NCBI GenBank assembly: GCA_036676395.1
Contig: JAKFCY010000002.1
Location: 2,432,001-2,496,000 of the forward strand
Direction: 5' to 3'
Length of the DNA stretch: 64,000 nt
Source: Bdellovibrio sp.
GTDB lineage: Bacteria > Bdellovibrionota > Bdellovibrionia > Bdellovibrionales > Bdellovibrionaceae
The notes under the pieces: generated by a model
What the model was told of the DNA's origin: nothing
What the model saw: the letters and a program-made list of their open reading frames with translations, nothing else
Database searches by the model: none
Made by a program: the position numbers and the translations under genes
Shown here: one piece after another, positions 19,806 through 29,112 of the stretch
How the letters are laid out: every line of letters begins with the position of its first letter
How positions within the stretch are numbered: the first letter of the stretch is position 1

Positions 19806-20945
19806 CTACCCGGCTTTTTTGATTTTCTGAAATTTGGCTAACGGAAAATTGATCTTGTTATCAATGATTTCCTGATAGAACGATGGCACGTTACCCGTGG
19901 GCTCAATGCCACCAATAAGCTTACCGTCTGTTGCTCTTTGTAGATTTTGAATTTCATAAATTGGTACAACGATATATTTATTATCTTCGTCAAGACCACG
20001 AACTTCAGAAATGGCTCCGATTTTACGTGATCCATCCGAGTAACGTGAAATTTGCACGATAATTTCAATTGCCGATGCGACTTGCGAAGTGAGCGCTTTT
20101 TCTGAAAGTTTCGCATCACCGCTGGCAGCTAACGCTTCTAAACGAATGATTGCATCTTCAGGAGAATTCGCATGCACTGTGCCCATTGAACCTTTGTGAC
20201 CCGTGTTCATGGCATTGATTAATTCCATAGCTTCACTTGAACGAACTTCTCCGACGATAATGCGGTCCGGACGTAAACGTAGAGCTGATTTTAATAAATC
20301 TTTAATTGTAACTTCACCTTTACCACCAAGATCGGCTTGGCGAGTTTCAAAACGTATAACGTGTGAATATTCGACTTGTAACTCTGATGAATCTTCGATG
20401 ATTAATACACGTTGGCCTTCAGGAATGCGCGAGCACATTAATGATAACAACGTGGTTTTACCAGAACCGGTACCACCGCTGACGATAATGTTTTTACCTA
20501 AGAACATACATAAATCAATGAACTGCCACGCATCAGGCGAGATCGTTCCGTATTTGATATAATCATTAGGTGTAATTTTGCTGGCGGTAAACTTACGAAT
20601 ACTGATAACCGTTCCCTGACGGGAAATCGGCGGCAATACCGCAGCGATACGCGCACCACTGGCAGCGTAGCCTTCAATTAAAGGTAAACGCGCATCTAAA
20701 CGCGGCTCTTCTTTGTTGATTCGACGTCCAACAGATTGAGCGATCGTGTTGATTGCGGCTTGTAAATTATCTTCGTCTGGAAATTTTGCGCCGGTTAGTT
20801 CTAATTTACCTTTACGCTCGACGAATATCTGATCAGGACCATTGATCAAAACCTCAGAAACTCCTGGGTCATTTAAAAAGTCGTCAACGGGCCCTAATGC
20901 CCGTTTGATAACTTCTTTAAAATTTGATTGTCCGTCAGAAGCCAT
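19806..20945 (-). CDS. cpaF: CpaF/TadA-family pilus assembly ATPase
   Basis: SGGTGSGKTTLL, IEDSSEL, LRLRPDRIIVGEVR, AMNTGHKGSMGTVHANS. Confidence 0.9.
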   Translation of the reverse strand: MASDGQSNFKEVIKRALGPVDDFLNDPGVSEVLINGPDQIFVERKGKLELTGAKFPDEDNLQAAINTIAQSVGRRINKEEPRLDARLPLIEGYAASGARIAAVLPPISRQGTVISIRKFTASKITPNDYIKYGTISPDAWQFIDLCMFLGKNIIVSGGTGSGKTTLLSLMCSRIPEGQRVLIIEDSSELQVEYSHVIRFETRQADLGGKGEVTIKDLLKSALRLRPDRIIVGEVRSSEAMELINAMNTGHKGSMGTVHANSPEDAIIRLEALAASGDAKLSEKALTSQVASAIEIIVQISRYSDGSRKIGAISEVRGLDEDNKYIVVPIYEIQNLQRATDGKLIGGIEPTGNVPSFYQEIIDNKINFPLAKFQKIKKAG

Positions 20946-20957
20946 TTTCGTTAATCC

Positions 20958-21575
20958 TTATTTTAAAGACTCTTCAATTTCAGAACTAAATAAACTGTGA
21001 TCAGTAGGGAGGGTCGATGCTTTAACTTTGTTTTCTAATTCCTCTTGAGATTTTTGCGCAAGAGATTTTTCAGAAGCTATTTTACGAACTGTATCTGGTG
21101 TAATCACCACTTTACCAAGAAAGCCTGTCTCTGGGCTTTGGAAAGAGTAAACACCTTCGATTTTTGGTTGAATCGTAAATGTTTTTATTAAACCGTAAAC
21201 CGTATTATGAGTTTGTGAAAAGGCATCCATCACAAAGCTTACGTTTTTTTCTTTTAAATTTAAATTCACCACGTGAACTTTATAAACATCACCTTTTTTT
21301 AAGTGAATCATCTCAGGAACAAAGCCTTTTTCAGTTTGCAAGATCACGATCTCTTGCGAAGGCTCAACCGGATTTACAACTTTTTTCAACGCTTCTAAGA
21401 TATCAGCATCGTTTTTGCCAGAAGATGCGGATGTTGTGTCCATATTCGTTGTCGCAGGCATTCTTTGATTTTCAATACGGGTAAAATCAGTTTGGCGGCG
21501 AGATAAATCGATATTCCATTCTGCGTGAACTTTCACTTGCACGAAAAAGAATAATGAAAACAAAAATGCTTTCAT
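20958..21575 (-). CDS. Secreted cupredoxin-fold protein
   Basis: MKAFLFSLFFF signal peptide from ATG 21575; GFVPEMIHLKKGD...GVYSFQSPETGFLGKVVI; no Cys copper ligand. Confidence 0.65.
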   Translation of the reverse strand: MKAFLFSLFFFVQVKVHAEWNIDLSRRQTDFTRIENQRMPATTNMDTTSASSGKNDADILEALKKVVNPVEPSQEIVILQTEKGFVPEMIHLKKGDVYKVHVVNLNLKEKNVSFVMDAFSQTHNTVYGLIKTFTIQPKIEGVYSFQSPETGFLGKVVITPDTVRKIASEKSLAQKSQEELENKVKASTLPTDHSLFSSEIEESLK

Positions 21576-21588
21576 AAATGTAAATGTA

Positions 21589-21867
21589 TTAGTGTAGTTC
21601 TTTACGGTCTTGAAATTCACTGAACTCACGAGCCACCTCCAACGCTACAAATGATACGGCTTTTTGATCCATACCTAATAAAGTTTCGATAATTTTTTTA
21701 CGATCACCAGAACAAGAGTTAATCGAGTGGCAAATTGTGTGGACTACTCTGGGATTAGAGTTCATTTCGCAGTTCAATTTTTCCCAGTCCGCTTGCAAAA
21801 CAGGATCGATTGCGCCAATTGTGTAAAGTGCATCAAATACTGCTTGTAAATCGCCTTGAATAAACAT
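21589..21867 (-). CDS. Small hypothetical protein
   Basis: AGGAGG RBS upstream of the ATG; preceded by a sigma28-like promoter. Confidence 0.75.
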   Translation of the reverse strand: MFIQGDLQAVFDALYTIGAIDPVLQADWEKLNCEMNSNPRVVHTICHSINSCSGDRKKIIETLLGMDQKAVSFVALEVAREFSEFQDRKELH

Positions 21868-21919
21868 GATGTAACCTCCTGGTAGTCTTCGTGTGCATCT
21901 TCTGTGATGTACATGAAAC

Positions 21920-21946
21920 TTATCGGAGGTTTGCGGAGGAACTTGA
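21920..21946 (-). promoter_or_regulatory. sigma28 (FliA)-like promoter of the hypothetical-cupredoxin-cpaF unit
   Basis: TCAA-N15-TCCGATAA. Confidence 0.7.
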
Positions 21947-21995
21947 GTCAGGATGAGACAGTTTGGAGATTTCTAGACTGAAGACCAATTCCTCA

Positions 21996-22034
21996 CTCGT
22001 GTTTTGGGCTTACACTGTAAACCCAAAACACGAG
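21996..22034 (-). repeat. 39-bp near-perfect palindrome
   Basis: CTCGTGTTTTGGGCTTACA-C-TGTAAACCCAAAACACGAG; one mismatch, which is a G-U pair on the minus strand. Confidence 0.8.
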
Positions 22035-22035
22035 C

Positions 22036-22070
22036 AATAAAAAAGGCGCCTTGCAGCGCCTACTTTATTT
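22036..22070 (-). terminator. Intrinsic terminator of the lipoprotein gene
   Basis: AGGCGC/GCGCCT stem followed by a T run on the minus strand. Confidence 0.65.
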
Positions 22071-22090
22071 AAATTACCAAAACTAAGAAT

Positions 22091-22750
22091 TTATTTCTTT
22101 TTCTTAGCGTCTTCTTTTAATTCTTCTAATTTTTTATTTTTTATCTCTACTAGCTTTTGAGCCAGTTGCGATGGCGTTAAACCAGATTTCATCTGATTTA
22201 ATTTCTTTTCTTGTTCGGCTGGTTTCGAAAAGCGTAAATCCGAAGCCGCAATGCGTTCGATAACTGTGGTTTCAAAACCTCCACCTTGGTATTGTTTTAC
22301 GAAGGCCGGCTTAAACTCAGAAAGAACGTTTTCTAAAACTACCGAGGCTGTTACTTGATCAGTGGCTTGGGCGTTACTGTCTTTGATCGTTTGTACAGAT
22401 TGGCCAACCATTTGTTCAACGGTGCCTTCCCATTCATCAGCATCTTCTAAAGGACTGCGTACAATAGACAGAATCTTATCTAAGATGACTTCTTCGTTTG
22501 GGCGGGCAAAAGCGATCATTGTGCCTTCACGAAGAGCTTGTAGACGATTATTGCGTTTATAATCGTTGGCTTTTTCATAAAGTAGGTCGGTCATTTGATC
22601 GAGATCTAAAATTTTTAAGGTTTTGTAAGTTTGCTCGATTTGGATTGTCTCAACCATGGCAAAAGATGAACCTGAAGAACTTGTTGGTTTACCCGAGCAA
22701 GCTGTAAATCCAAAAGCCAGAACCGCGGCGATGATGATATTTTTGTACAT
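22091..22750 (-). CDS. Hypothetical lipoprotein
   Basis: Lipobox FTAC; helical body. Confidence 0.75.
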   Translation of the reverse strand: MYKNIIIAAVLAFGFTACSGKPTSSSGSSFAMVETIQIEQTYKTLKILDLDQMTDLLYEKANDYKRNNRLQALREGTMIAFARPNEEVILDKILSIVRSPLEDADEWEGTVEQMVGQSVQTIKDSNAQATDQVTASVVLENVLSEFKPAFVKQYQGGGFETTVIERIAASDLRFSKPAEQEKKLNQMKSGLTPSQLAQKLVEIKNKKLEELKEDAKKKK

Positions 22751-22867
22751 AAATAAACTTCCCTTTGACTCAATATACCGAAAAATAAAAAAAAAGAGTA
22801 CAGCTCACACCGTCAAGGGCCAGACCTTAGTCGTAGTTGCTTTTTAAGGGCGCTATGTCACACTGTT

Positions 22868-23686
22868 TTGGCTAACAAAACCAAGGAGAACCTCTTGAAA
22901 ACTATTATGTCAATGAAACTAGCTTTAGCAGCTTCGGTAGTATTAGCTATCACTGCATGCGCCCCTTCAGCTAAACAATTAAAAGAAGCTGTAGAAAAAG
23001 ACCCATCAATCGTGTTCAGCGCGATCGAAAAACATCCAGATAAATTCATCGAAGTTGTGATGAAAGCTCAGCAAGAAGCTCAAAAAGTTGCTGGCGACAG
23101 AGCACAAGAAGAAGAAAAAAAACAACGCGATGAAGAATACGCTAATCCGTTAAAACCAGAAATCGATGAAACACGCGTAATTTTCGGAAACAAATCCGCT
23201 CCGATCACTATTGTTGAGTTTTCTGATTTTCAATGTCCATATTGCACACGTGGTTACCAAACTGTTCAGCAAGTTCGTAAAGAATACGGCGATAAAGTAA
23301 GAGTTGTTTTCAAACACTTACCACTTGATTTCCATCCTTTAGCGATGCCAGCTGCAAAATATTTCGAAGCCATTGCTCAGCAAAGCCCAGAAAAAGCTGA
23401 AAAATTTCATGACATGGTTTTCGAAAACCAAGGCATGTTAAAAGATAAAGGCGAAGCTTGGTTCAAAGAACTAACTAAAAAAGTTGGCGCTGATCTTAAA
23501 AAAGTTGAAGTAGCCCTTAAAGACGAAAAAATTCAAAAACGTATTGATGCTGACATGGAAGAAGCTAAAAAGTTTAATATGAGCGGTACTCCAGGATTCA
23601 TTATTAACGGTGTTTCTTTACGTGGCGCTTACCCGTTTCCGGCATTCAAAGAAATTATCGACAAACATTTAGCTTCTGCTAAATAG
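22868..23686 (+). CDS. DsbA-family thiol:disulfide oxidoreductase (lipoprotein)
   Basis: ITAC lipobox, EFSDFQCPYC, SGTPGFIING; true start probably later (about 22895-22913). Confidence 0.92.
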   Translation: MANKTKENLLKTIMSMKLALAASVVLAITACAPSAKQLKEAVEKDPSIVFSAIEKHPDKFIEVVMKAQQEAQKVAGDRAQEEEKKQRDEEYANPLKPEIDETRVIFGNKSAPITIVEFSDFQCPYCTRGYQTVQQVRKEYGDKVRVVFKHLPLDFHPLAMPAAKYFEAIAQQSPEKAEKFHDMVFENQGMLKDKGEAWFKELTKKVGADLKKVEVALKDEKIQKRIDADMEEAKKFNMSGTPGFIINGVSLRGAYPFPAFKEIIDKHLASAK

Positions 23687-23720
23687 TTTTTAGATACATA
23701 TCTGAAACAACATTTCGTTG

Positions 23721-23753
23721 AAAAAAAAGCTGGTTTAATACCAGCTTTTTTTT
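23721..23753. terminator. Bidirectional intrinsic terminator
   Basis: A8-GCTGGT-TTAAT-ACCAGC-T8 between convergent genes. Confidence 0.85.
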
Positions 23754-23784
23754 GCGCGCTGCGACCAGAAACAGGGCCTGGCAC

Positions 23785-25530
23785 CTAAAGGACTTTGTAT
23801 AATGTTAGCGGTAAGGTCTTACCTTTAACTTCGATGTCGCCAGCTAAATCAAATTTAAATAAATTATCCAGTTCTGGTTTAGATAAACGCGCAAACACTT
23901 CATCACTCACTAATAAATCGACTTCAAAATGTTTCGTCGATGACTCAATTCGCGCAGTCACATTCACCGTATCACCGATCACTGTAAACTCCATACGCTC
24001 TTCTGAACCGATGGTTCCAGAAATCGCGGTTCCTGCATGTAAGCCCATACCGATGTGAATTTCGGTTAAATTGCGCTGACGGCGTGATTCATTTAAAGTA
24101 ACTAAAGCTGAACGCATTTCTAAGCAGGCTTTTAATCCATTTAAAGTATCATGATCAGTACCTGCAGGCACACCCCACACGGCCATAATCGCATCACCGA
24201 TAAATTTATCGACGACACCGCCATGACGACCAATAATACCCACCATCACTTCAAAGTATTCATTTAACATCGATACGACTTCTTCTGGGGTATGGCCTTC
24301 AGAAAACTTGGTAAAGCCACGAATATCCGAGAAAAACACCGTCACTTCTTTGCGCGTGCCGCCGACGCTGACTTCCTGTTGTAATAGGTTTTCAGTCACA
24401 GATGACCCGTGAAACTTATTAAATAAGTTCTTCACTTTATCACGCTCTTTTAAACCTTCGGTCATGTGATCAAAGGCTTCTGCTAAATCGCCTACTTCAT
24501 CGTGTGAAGTTACTTGTTTACGGGCTGAAATATTAAAGTTTCCTTTAGGAATTTCTTTGATCAATTCAGCCAAAACTTCGATGGGTTTACTTAATGTTAA
24601 CGAGAACAAGAAGACCGCAAACAAGGCGACACTCATCACGATACCTGAAATCAGGATCGCTTTACGTTGCACCGCTTGCGCGGGCTCATTCACAATAGAA
24701 AGTGGAGTTTGCGCTAATAAAACCGTACCCCAAAAACTACTTTTTACGAAAGCTCCGATGTAAGCGTTGCCCTTGGCATTTTTAAACGTTAATTGTTTTG
24801 AATTTGTTGTATCGGCTAAGGCTTTTTCAACAAAGGCATCACCTTTAACATTTTTTGCCTGACGTAATAATTCTTCATTTTGATGCGCTAATAAAAATCC
24901 ATTACGATCAATCAAAAAGAATTCACGTTCACTGTCATTTGAAAATAAACTTTGAATCATTTCAGAGTTATAAGCCGCAATTACAAAGGTATTTACCTGA
25001 TTTTGCGCATCACGCCCGAATGGAAAACCAATTGAAATCACACGAATGCTTGGATTAACTTCAGCAAATTGCAATTCAATATTTTTTTGCATCACCGACG
25101 TAACCGGAAATGGTTTTTTTTGACGAACTTGATCAATAAATTCTGGCGTCAGTTTATTTTTTATTAAGAAGTCCTCCTGTACTTTTTTAACATAGAGTTG
25201 CGGTTTACCATCTACGACTTGCCAAATTTCAATACCCACTAAACTTTTATCTTTAGCTAATTTGTAATTACCAAGGCCTTCAAAAGATTCTTTTAATAAA
25301 ATTTGAGCTAAATTTTTGGCTTTATCTAAAGAGCCATCTAATAATGTGTCTACCTGTTTTGCACGTAAAGATGCTTCGGTAAAATTCGAGAACTCTTCAC
25401 GCTGGGTCATAACTTTTTTAAAGAAGTCAGAACTTTGTTTGGTTACCAGCACCATCGAAGTTAAAATGATAAAGGTCGTAATTCCAATAATTTTAGCCGA
25501 GATCGGAATTCTCATACTTTTCATTTTCAT
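23785..25530 (-). CDS. Membrane class III adenylate cyclase (TM-Cache-like-TM-HAMP-cyclase)
   Basis: FFSDIRGFT, VVDKFIGDAIMA (Lys, ATP-specifying), EFTVIGDTVNVTARIES; HAMP motif DEVGDLAEAFDHM. Confidence 0.92.
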   Translation of the reverse strand: MKMKSMRIPISAKIIGITTFIILTSMVLVTKQSSDFFKKVMTQREEFSNFTEASLRAKQVDTLLDGSLDKAKNLAQILLKESFEGLGNYKLAKDKSLVGIEIWQVVDGKPQLYVKKVQEDFLIKNKLTPEFIDQVRQKKPFPVTSVMQKNIELQFAEVNPSIRVISIGFPFGRDAQNQVNTFVIAAYNSEMIQSLFSNDSEREFFLIDRNGFLLAHQNEELLRQAKNVKGDAFVEKALADTTNSKQLTFKNAKGNAYIGAFVKSSFWGTVLLAQTPLSIVNEPAQAVQRKAILISGIVMSVALFAVFLFSLTLSKPIEVLAELIKEIPKGNFNISARKQVTSHDEVGDLAEAFDHMTEGLKERDKVKNLFNKFHGSSVTENLLQQEVSVGGTRKEVTVFFSDIRGFTKFSEGHTPEEVVSMLNEYFEVMVGIIGRHGGVVDKFIGDAIMAVWGVPAGTDHDTLNGLKACLEMRSALVTLNESRRQRNLTEIHIGMGLHAGTAISGTIGSEERMEFTVIGDTVNVTARIESSTKHFEVDLLVSDEVFARLSKPELDNLFKFDLAGDIEVKGKTLPLTLYKVL

Positions 25531-27149
25531 AGCTGGTACTCCAAGAAGATATTTAAGTAATGACCTTTAATAGTAGATGAATTTTTTTCTGCTGCAGGAG
25601 TTGGAAACGTTGCTGTTGGAGCCGTTTTATACTCCATCTTATCAGTACGAAAAGCGTACCCGCCTAGGGTCGTTAAATTTTTGCTCCAGCGGTAACTTAA
25701 TAAAAAGCCAGCCTGAAGCGATGTGCTCGGTATAAAAGCCTGGCCATTCGTTGTTTTTTGCCCGGCGATCAGTGGAAAAAGATGAGCATTGCCCTGTATA
25801 CCTAATTTCGGTGTCATCGCATGCCAATATTCAATACCGTAGCGAAATCCCAGCGCTGCTAATGCTGAAGTGTTTTTCACTGTGCCAGCAAAGTTAGTTG
25901 TTAAGTCAGGTAATTCTTTATAAACGATACCGGCAGTCTGACGAAATTCGCCAGCATCATTTGGTTTCATCTTAAAGAAAGAATTAAGTTCGAACATGTT
26001 GTATTTTACATCACCAAAGCCTGCGACTGATAAAGTACTGGTTTCTGCGGCGACGTAATAACCCCACGGATTTTTCTTTGTGACATAGCCAAAACCTGCG
26101 CGCAGGGATCCGCCGATCGCTTTATACACCACTTGGGTTCCGGTTAAATCATAATTTAAATTTGTATATTCAACCGAGTTAATTAAATAACTGGCCATGC
26201 CAAACCAGCCTGATAAACGCTCGATCGATTCGCGTAAGCGTGCTAATTCTTCGGCTTTTTCTGTACGATCGCCCTCTTTGGCCGTAAAACGTATTGAAAC
26301 CGACTCAGAAGCTGGTCGGTAGTTAGCAATAGCTTTAACTGTTAAGCGGTATATGCCGCCAGGCCATTCCTTTTTAAATGGCATCGCTTCACCACGTAAT
26401 TCTTTATTTTCATCAAAGACGTTGTACCTCTGCGATTTGACATCCATTTTTTCTAAGACATAACTGTACGCTTGGGCAAATTCTGGTTTAGACCATTTCA
26501 CTTCACGCACGAACAAACTTTCTGGTTGAGTCAGTTTTGGTGCAGCTAGTTTTTTACCACTCACAATGAATTCAGAAACACTGTCTTTTTCCGGATTACT
26601 TGTTAACACTTCATTCGCCGCACGGATTGTCGCCATGAACTTAGTAGCCACAGGCAATTCCATAGTCGTTTTTTCGTCATTGTTGATTTCAACTTGTTTT
26701 CTAAATGTTGAATCCAAACCCTGAACATCTAATGAATATTTTTTTCCGGCGAAAACTTTTTTCCATTTAAAGGCCACATTCTGATTGTCATTATTGCTTG
26801 AAGCAATGATTGTTCCACTGGTTGGATTAACAAAATCAGGAGAATCTAAAAAGACTTTAAATTCCTGGTACTCTGACCATTCACCCGGAACACTTCGTTT
26901 ATCACGTGCACGTACGCGCATTTTAAAAAAACCAGGCGATAAACGACCCGCCCAGATAGGTTCTTTGATTTGAAATTTAAATGTGTTTTTAGATGATTTA
27001 ACTTCTAGATCGTAACTTTTGGCATTTTCGACGCCTTCCCACTCAAGTTCAACGTTACTTTCAGCAGAGACCACAAATTTTGGATATAGCACGGCCGCAA
27101 AGAAAAAAAACAGAGCTATAATCAAGTTGCGGTGTGTTTGTGTTGTCAT
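25527..27149 (-). CDS. Secreted Fn3/Ig-repeat protein with C-terminal beta-barrel
   Basis: Signal peptide; LEWEGVENAKSYDLEV...RVRARD...GEWSE Fn3 pattern repeated about three times; C-terminal amphipathic strands ending LEYQL. Confidence 0.7.
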   Translation of the reverse strand: MTTQTHRNLIIALFFFFAAVLYPKFVVSAESNVELEWEGVENAKSYDLEVKSSKNTFKFQIKEPIWAGRLSPGFFKMRVRARDKRSVPGEWSEYQEFKVFLDSPDFVNPTSGTIIASSNNDNQNVAFKWKKVFAGKKYSLDVQGLDSTFRKQVEINNDEKTTMELPVATKFMATIRAANEVLTSNPEKDSVSEFIVSGKKLAAPKLTQPESLFVREVKWSKPEFAQAYSYVLEKMDVKSQRYNVFDENKELRGEAMPFKKEWPGGIYRLTVKAIANYRPASESVSIRFTAKEGDRTEKAEELARLRESIERLSGWFGMASYLINSVEYTNLNYDLTGTQVVYKAIGGSLRAGFGYVTKKNPWGYYVAAETSTLSVAGFGDVKYNMFELNSFFKMKPNDAGEFRQTAGIVYKELPDLTTNFAGTVKNTSALAALGFRYGIEYWHAMTPKLGIQGNAHLFPLIAGQKTTNGQAFIPSTSLQAGFLLSYRWSKNLTTLGGYAFRTDKMEYKTAPTATFPTPAAEKNSSTIKGHYLNIFLEYQL

Positions 27150-27162
27150 GTTGTTTAAATTT

Positions 27163-28950
27163 TTATTTCACTTTTAATTTTTTAATTTTAGGAGCCCCTA
27201 AGCTACTCATTGCCGGCACATCTATTTTACGTTGCGCCACTTCGCCGGTTCGTCCTAACATATCCACGCCGGCTAATTCGACCAGATACAAACCTGGCAT
27301 TAAATCTGTTAAACTTGCCGACTCAGCTTGTGCTGATTCGATTAATCTTCCGTAAACTTGTTGTCCTAATTCATCTAATAGACGAATTTTATACTTATAC
27401 GCGCCAGCCGCTAAATTCCATTTAATAGTTAGAGCGCCATCTTTAGAAGCTTGCAATACAGGCTCACCTATAATTACGGGTGGTTTAACCATATCTAATT
27501 CTTTAACAACAAAAAATCTTTTTTGTGAGTTCGCAACCACGTTTTCGCCCTGATCTACACCTTGAATACTTGCGATGTAGCGGCCTGGTTTAAAAACTTT
27601 TGTTTTCGTTTTTAAATCGCGGCTGCGCACTTCTTGTGCCGGCGCATAGGGATCATCACTGTTTTGTAATTTAATGCGAAATTCAGAAATCTTTTTACCT
27701 AATTCTGATTTCCAAGTCATTTCCAGTTCTGGCTGGTTGATATAGAACTGCTGTTCTGCATCTTCGCCCCACGAAATTAAGTTTATACCAATCGTTGAAG
27801 GATCAACCTTGCGATTTAAACTGATCGTGAATTTTTCGATCTTGCCAGAGATAGCCTTTGTCTCGCCTTCAAACATCGCTGACATACGCACATAATATTC
27901 GCCTGGCGATAATTCCTGCTCAAAACCGGCTTTTTTCGTTAATGCCTGATTAATGACTTTGTTTTTTAAAGAACTATCAGTTGCAACTTCGATTAGGTAT
28001 TTAGTTACAAATTCGCCTTCGGTCCAATCAAATAACATTTTGTATTTTGGATTTGCCGATTGATTCACGATCTGAATAAATTGGTTTGCCGTCGGACTTA
28101 CAAAAACCGGAAATTTACGTTCATTAATTTTTAAGCGTTGTAATTTTGATTCACCCACAACTAGGCCCGTTGCCGGATTGGTGAAATACAATTTATAAAA
28201 ATAGAAACCACTGGCTAAATTTAATTCAAATTGCAGGCCATTCGTTTCAAAGACTTTGTCTAATTTATTTCTTTCAGTACCAATCTCGATTCTAGTTTTA
28301 AATCCTGTCGGAACACCCGCCCAGATCATGTCTACTGTCGGTTTATTTGCATCAATTAGCGCTGATTTATCTTTTAAGGGCTGAACCATTTTGAATCCAG
28401 AAAGACGATTGTCATTCATCGTTGCAAAAAATGGATTACCACCAGCACCTGAGTCATCGCTTTGAATTTCTAAACCGCCTGTGCCTGATTTAGAAAGAGT
28501 TGCTGCCCCTTTTAATTCTACAGATTTACCATTTTGGATTAAGTTGAACTTACCCGCATCAGCTTTATCAGCGATAACCGAAGCTCCCCCTTCCATAAGA
28601 TCAAGAGAGAATTCTTTATTGGCACTTTGCAAAATCATAACGATTGATTCTGGTTCGATATCAATCGTGCGGCTGCCATCTAAGAATTGAATTTTGACTT
28701 CACTGCCTTTTGCAGTACGAATAGCTTCGCCTGAATAAACCGGCTCACCATTGACGATCGCTTGCCAAACTTGGCGTTTAGCAGGTCTGCGATCAACTTC
28801 TTCTTTGATTTGCTTTACTACGGCAATAGGTTGTTGATTTGTGATGTTTTTATTTTCTGGCTCAGAAAAATAATACCAGCCAACGACTAAGCCTAAGCTT
28901 ATCGCTGATATCATCCCTGCCATTAAAAACCGACGTACTTGTTCGTTCAC
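27163..28950 (-). CDS. Membrane-anchored FecR-like domain protein with Fn3/Ig repeats
   Basis: N-terminal TM; GEAIRTAKGSEVKIQFLDGSRTIDIEPES...LDLMEG FecR-like pattern; repeated PGxYxV Fn3 ends. Confidence 0.75.
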   Translation of the reverse strand: MNEQVRRFLMAGMISAISLGLVVGWYYFSEPENKNITNQQPIAVVKQIKEEVDRRPAKRQVWQAIVNGEPVYSGEAIRTAKGSEVKIQFLDGSRTIDIEPESIVMILQSANKEFSLDLMEGGASVIADKADAGKFNLIQNGKSVELKGAATLSKSGTGGLEIQSDDSGAGGNPFFATMNDNRLSGFKMVQPLKDKSALIDANKPTVDMIWAGVPTGFKTRIEIGTERNKLDKVFETNGLQFELNLASGFYFYKLYFTNPATGLVVGESKLQRLKINERKFPVFVSPTANQFIQIVNQSANPKYKMLFDWTEGEFVTKYLIEVATDSSLKNKVINQALTKKAGFEQELSPGEYYVRMSAMFEGETKAISGKIEKFTISLNRKVDPSTIGINLISWGEDAEQQFYINQPELEMTWKSELGKKISEFRIKLQNSDDPYAPAQEVRSRDLKTKTKVFKPGRYIASIQGVDQGENVVANSQKRFFVVKELDMVKPPVIIGEPVLQASKDGALTIKWNLAAGAYKYKIRLLDELGQQVYGRLIESAQAESASLTDLMPGLYLVELAGVDMLGRTGEVAQRKIDVPAMSSLGAPKIKKLKVK

Positions 28951-29003
28951 AAAATTCCTATTTATTTATTCCGTTAAATAAATTCACTAATTTTCTCAAT
29001 ATG

Positions 29004-29030
29004 GTATCGGCAGAAACCCCTTTGTCTTGA
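29004..29030 (-). promoter_or_regulatory. sigma28-like promoter of the FecR operon
   Basis: TCAA-N15-GCCGATAC. Confidence 0.75.
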
Positions 29031-29076
29031 ATTGGGTCAACGTCCAGTTTAATCCTTCAGTATCTGACTAAAGTAT

Positions 29077-29104
29077 TAAACATTTAAGGCAACTAACCCG
29101 ATGA
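29077..29104 (+). promoter_or_regulatory. sigma28-like promoter of fibre 1
   Basis: TAAA-N16-CCCGATGA. Confidence 0.6.
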
Positions 29105-29112
29105 ATGTACTG

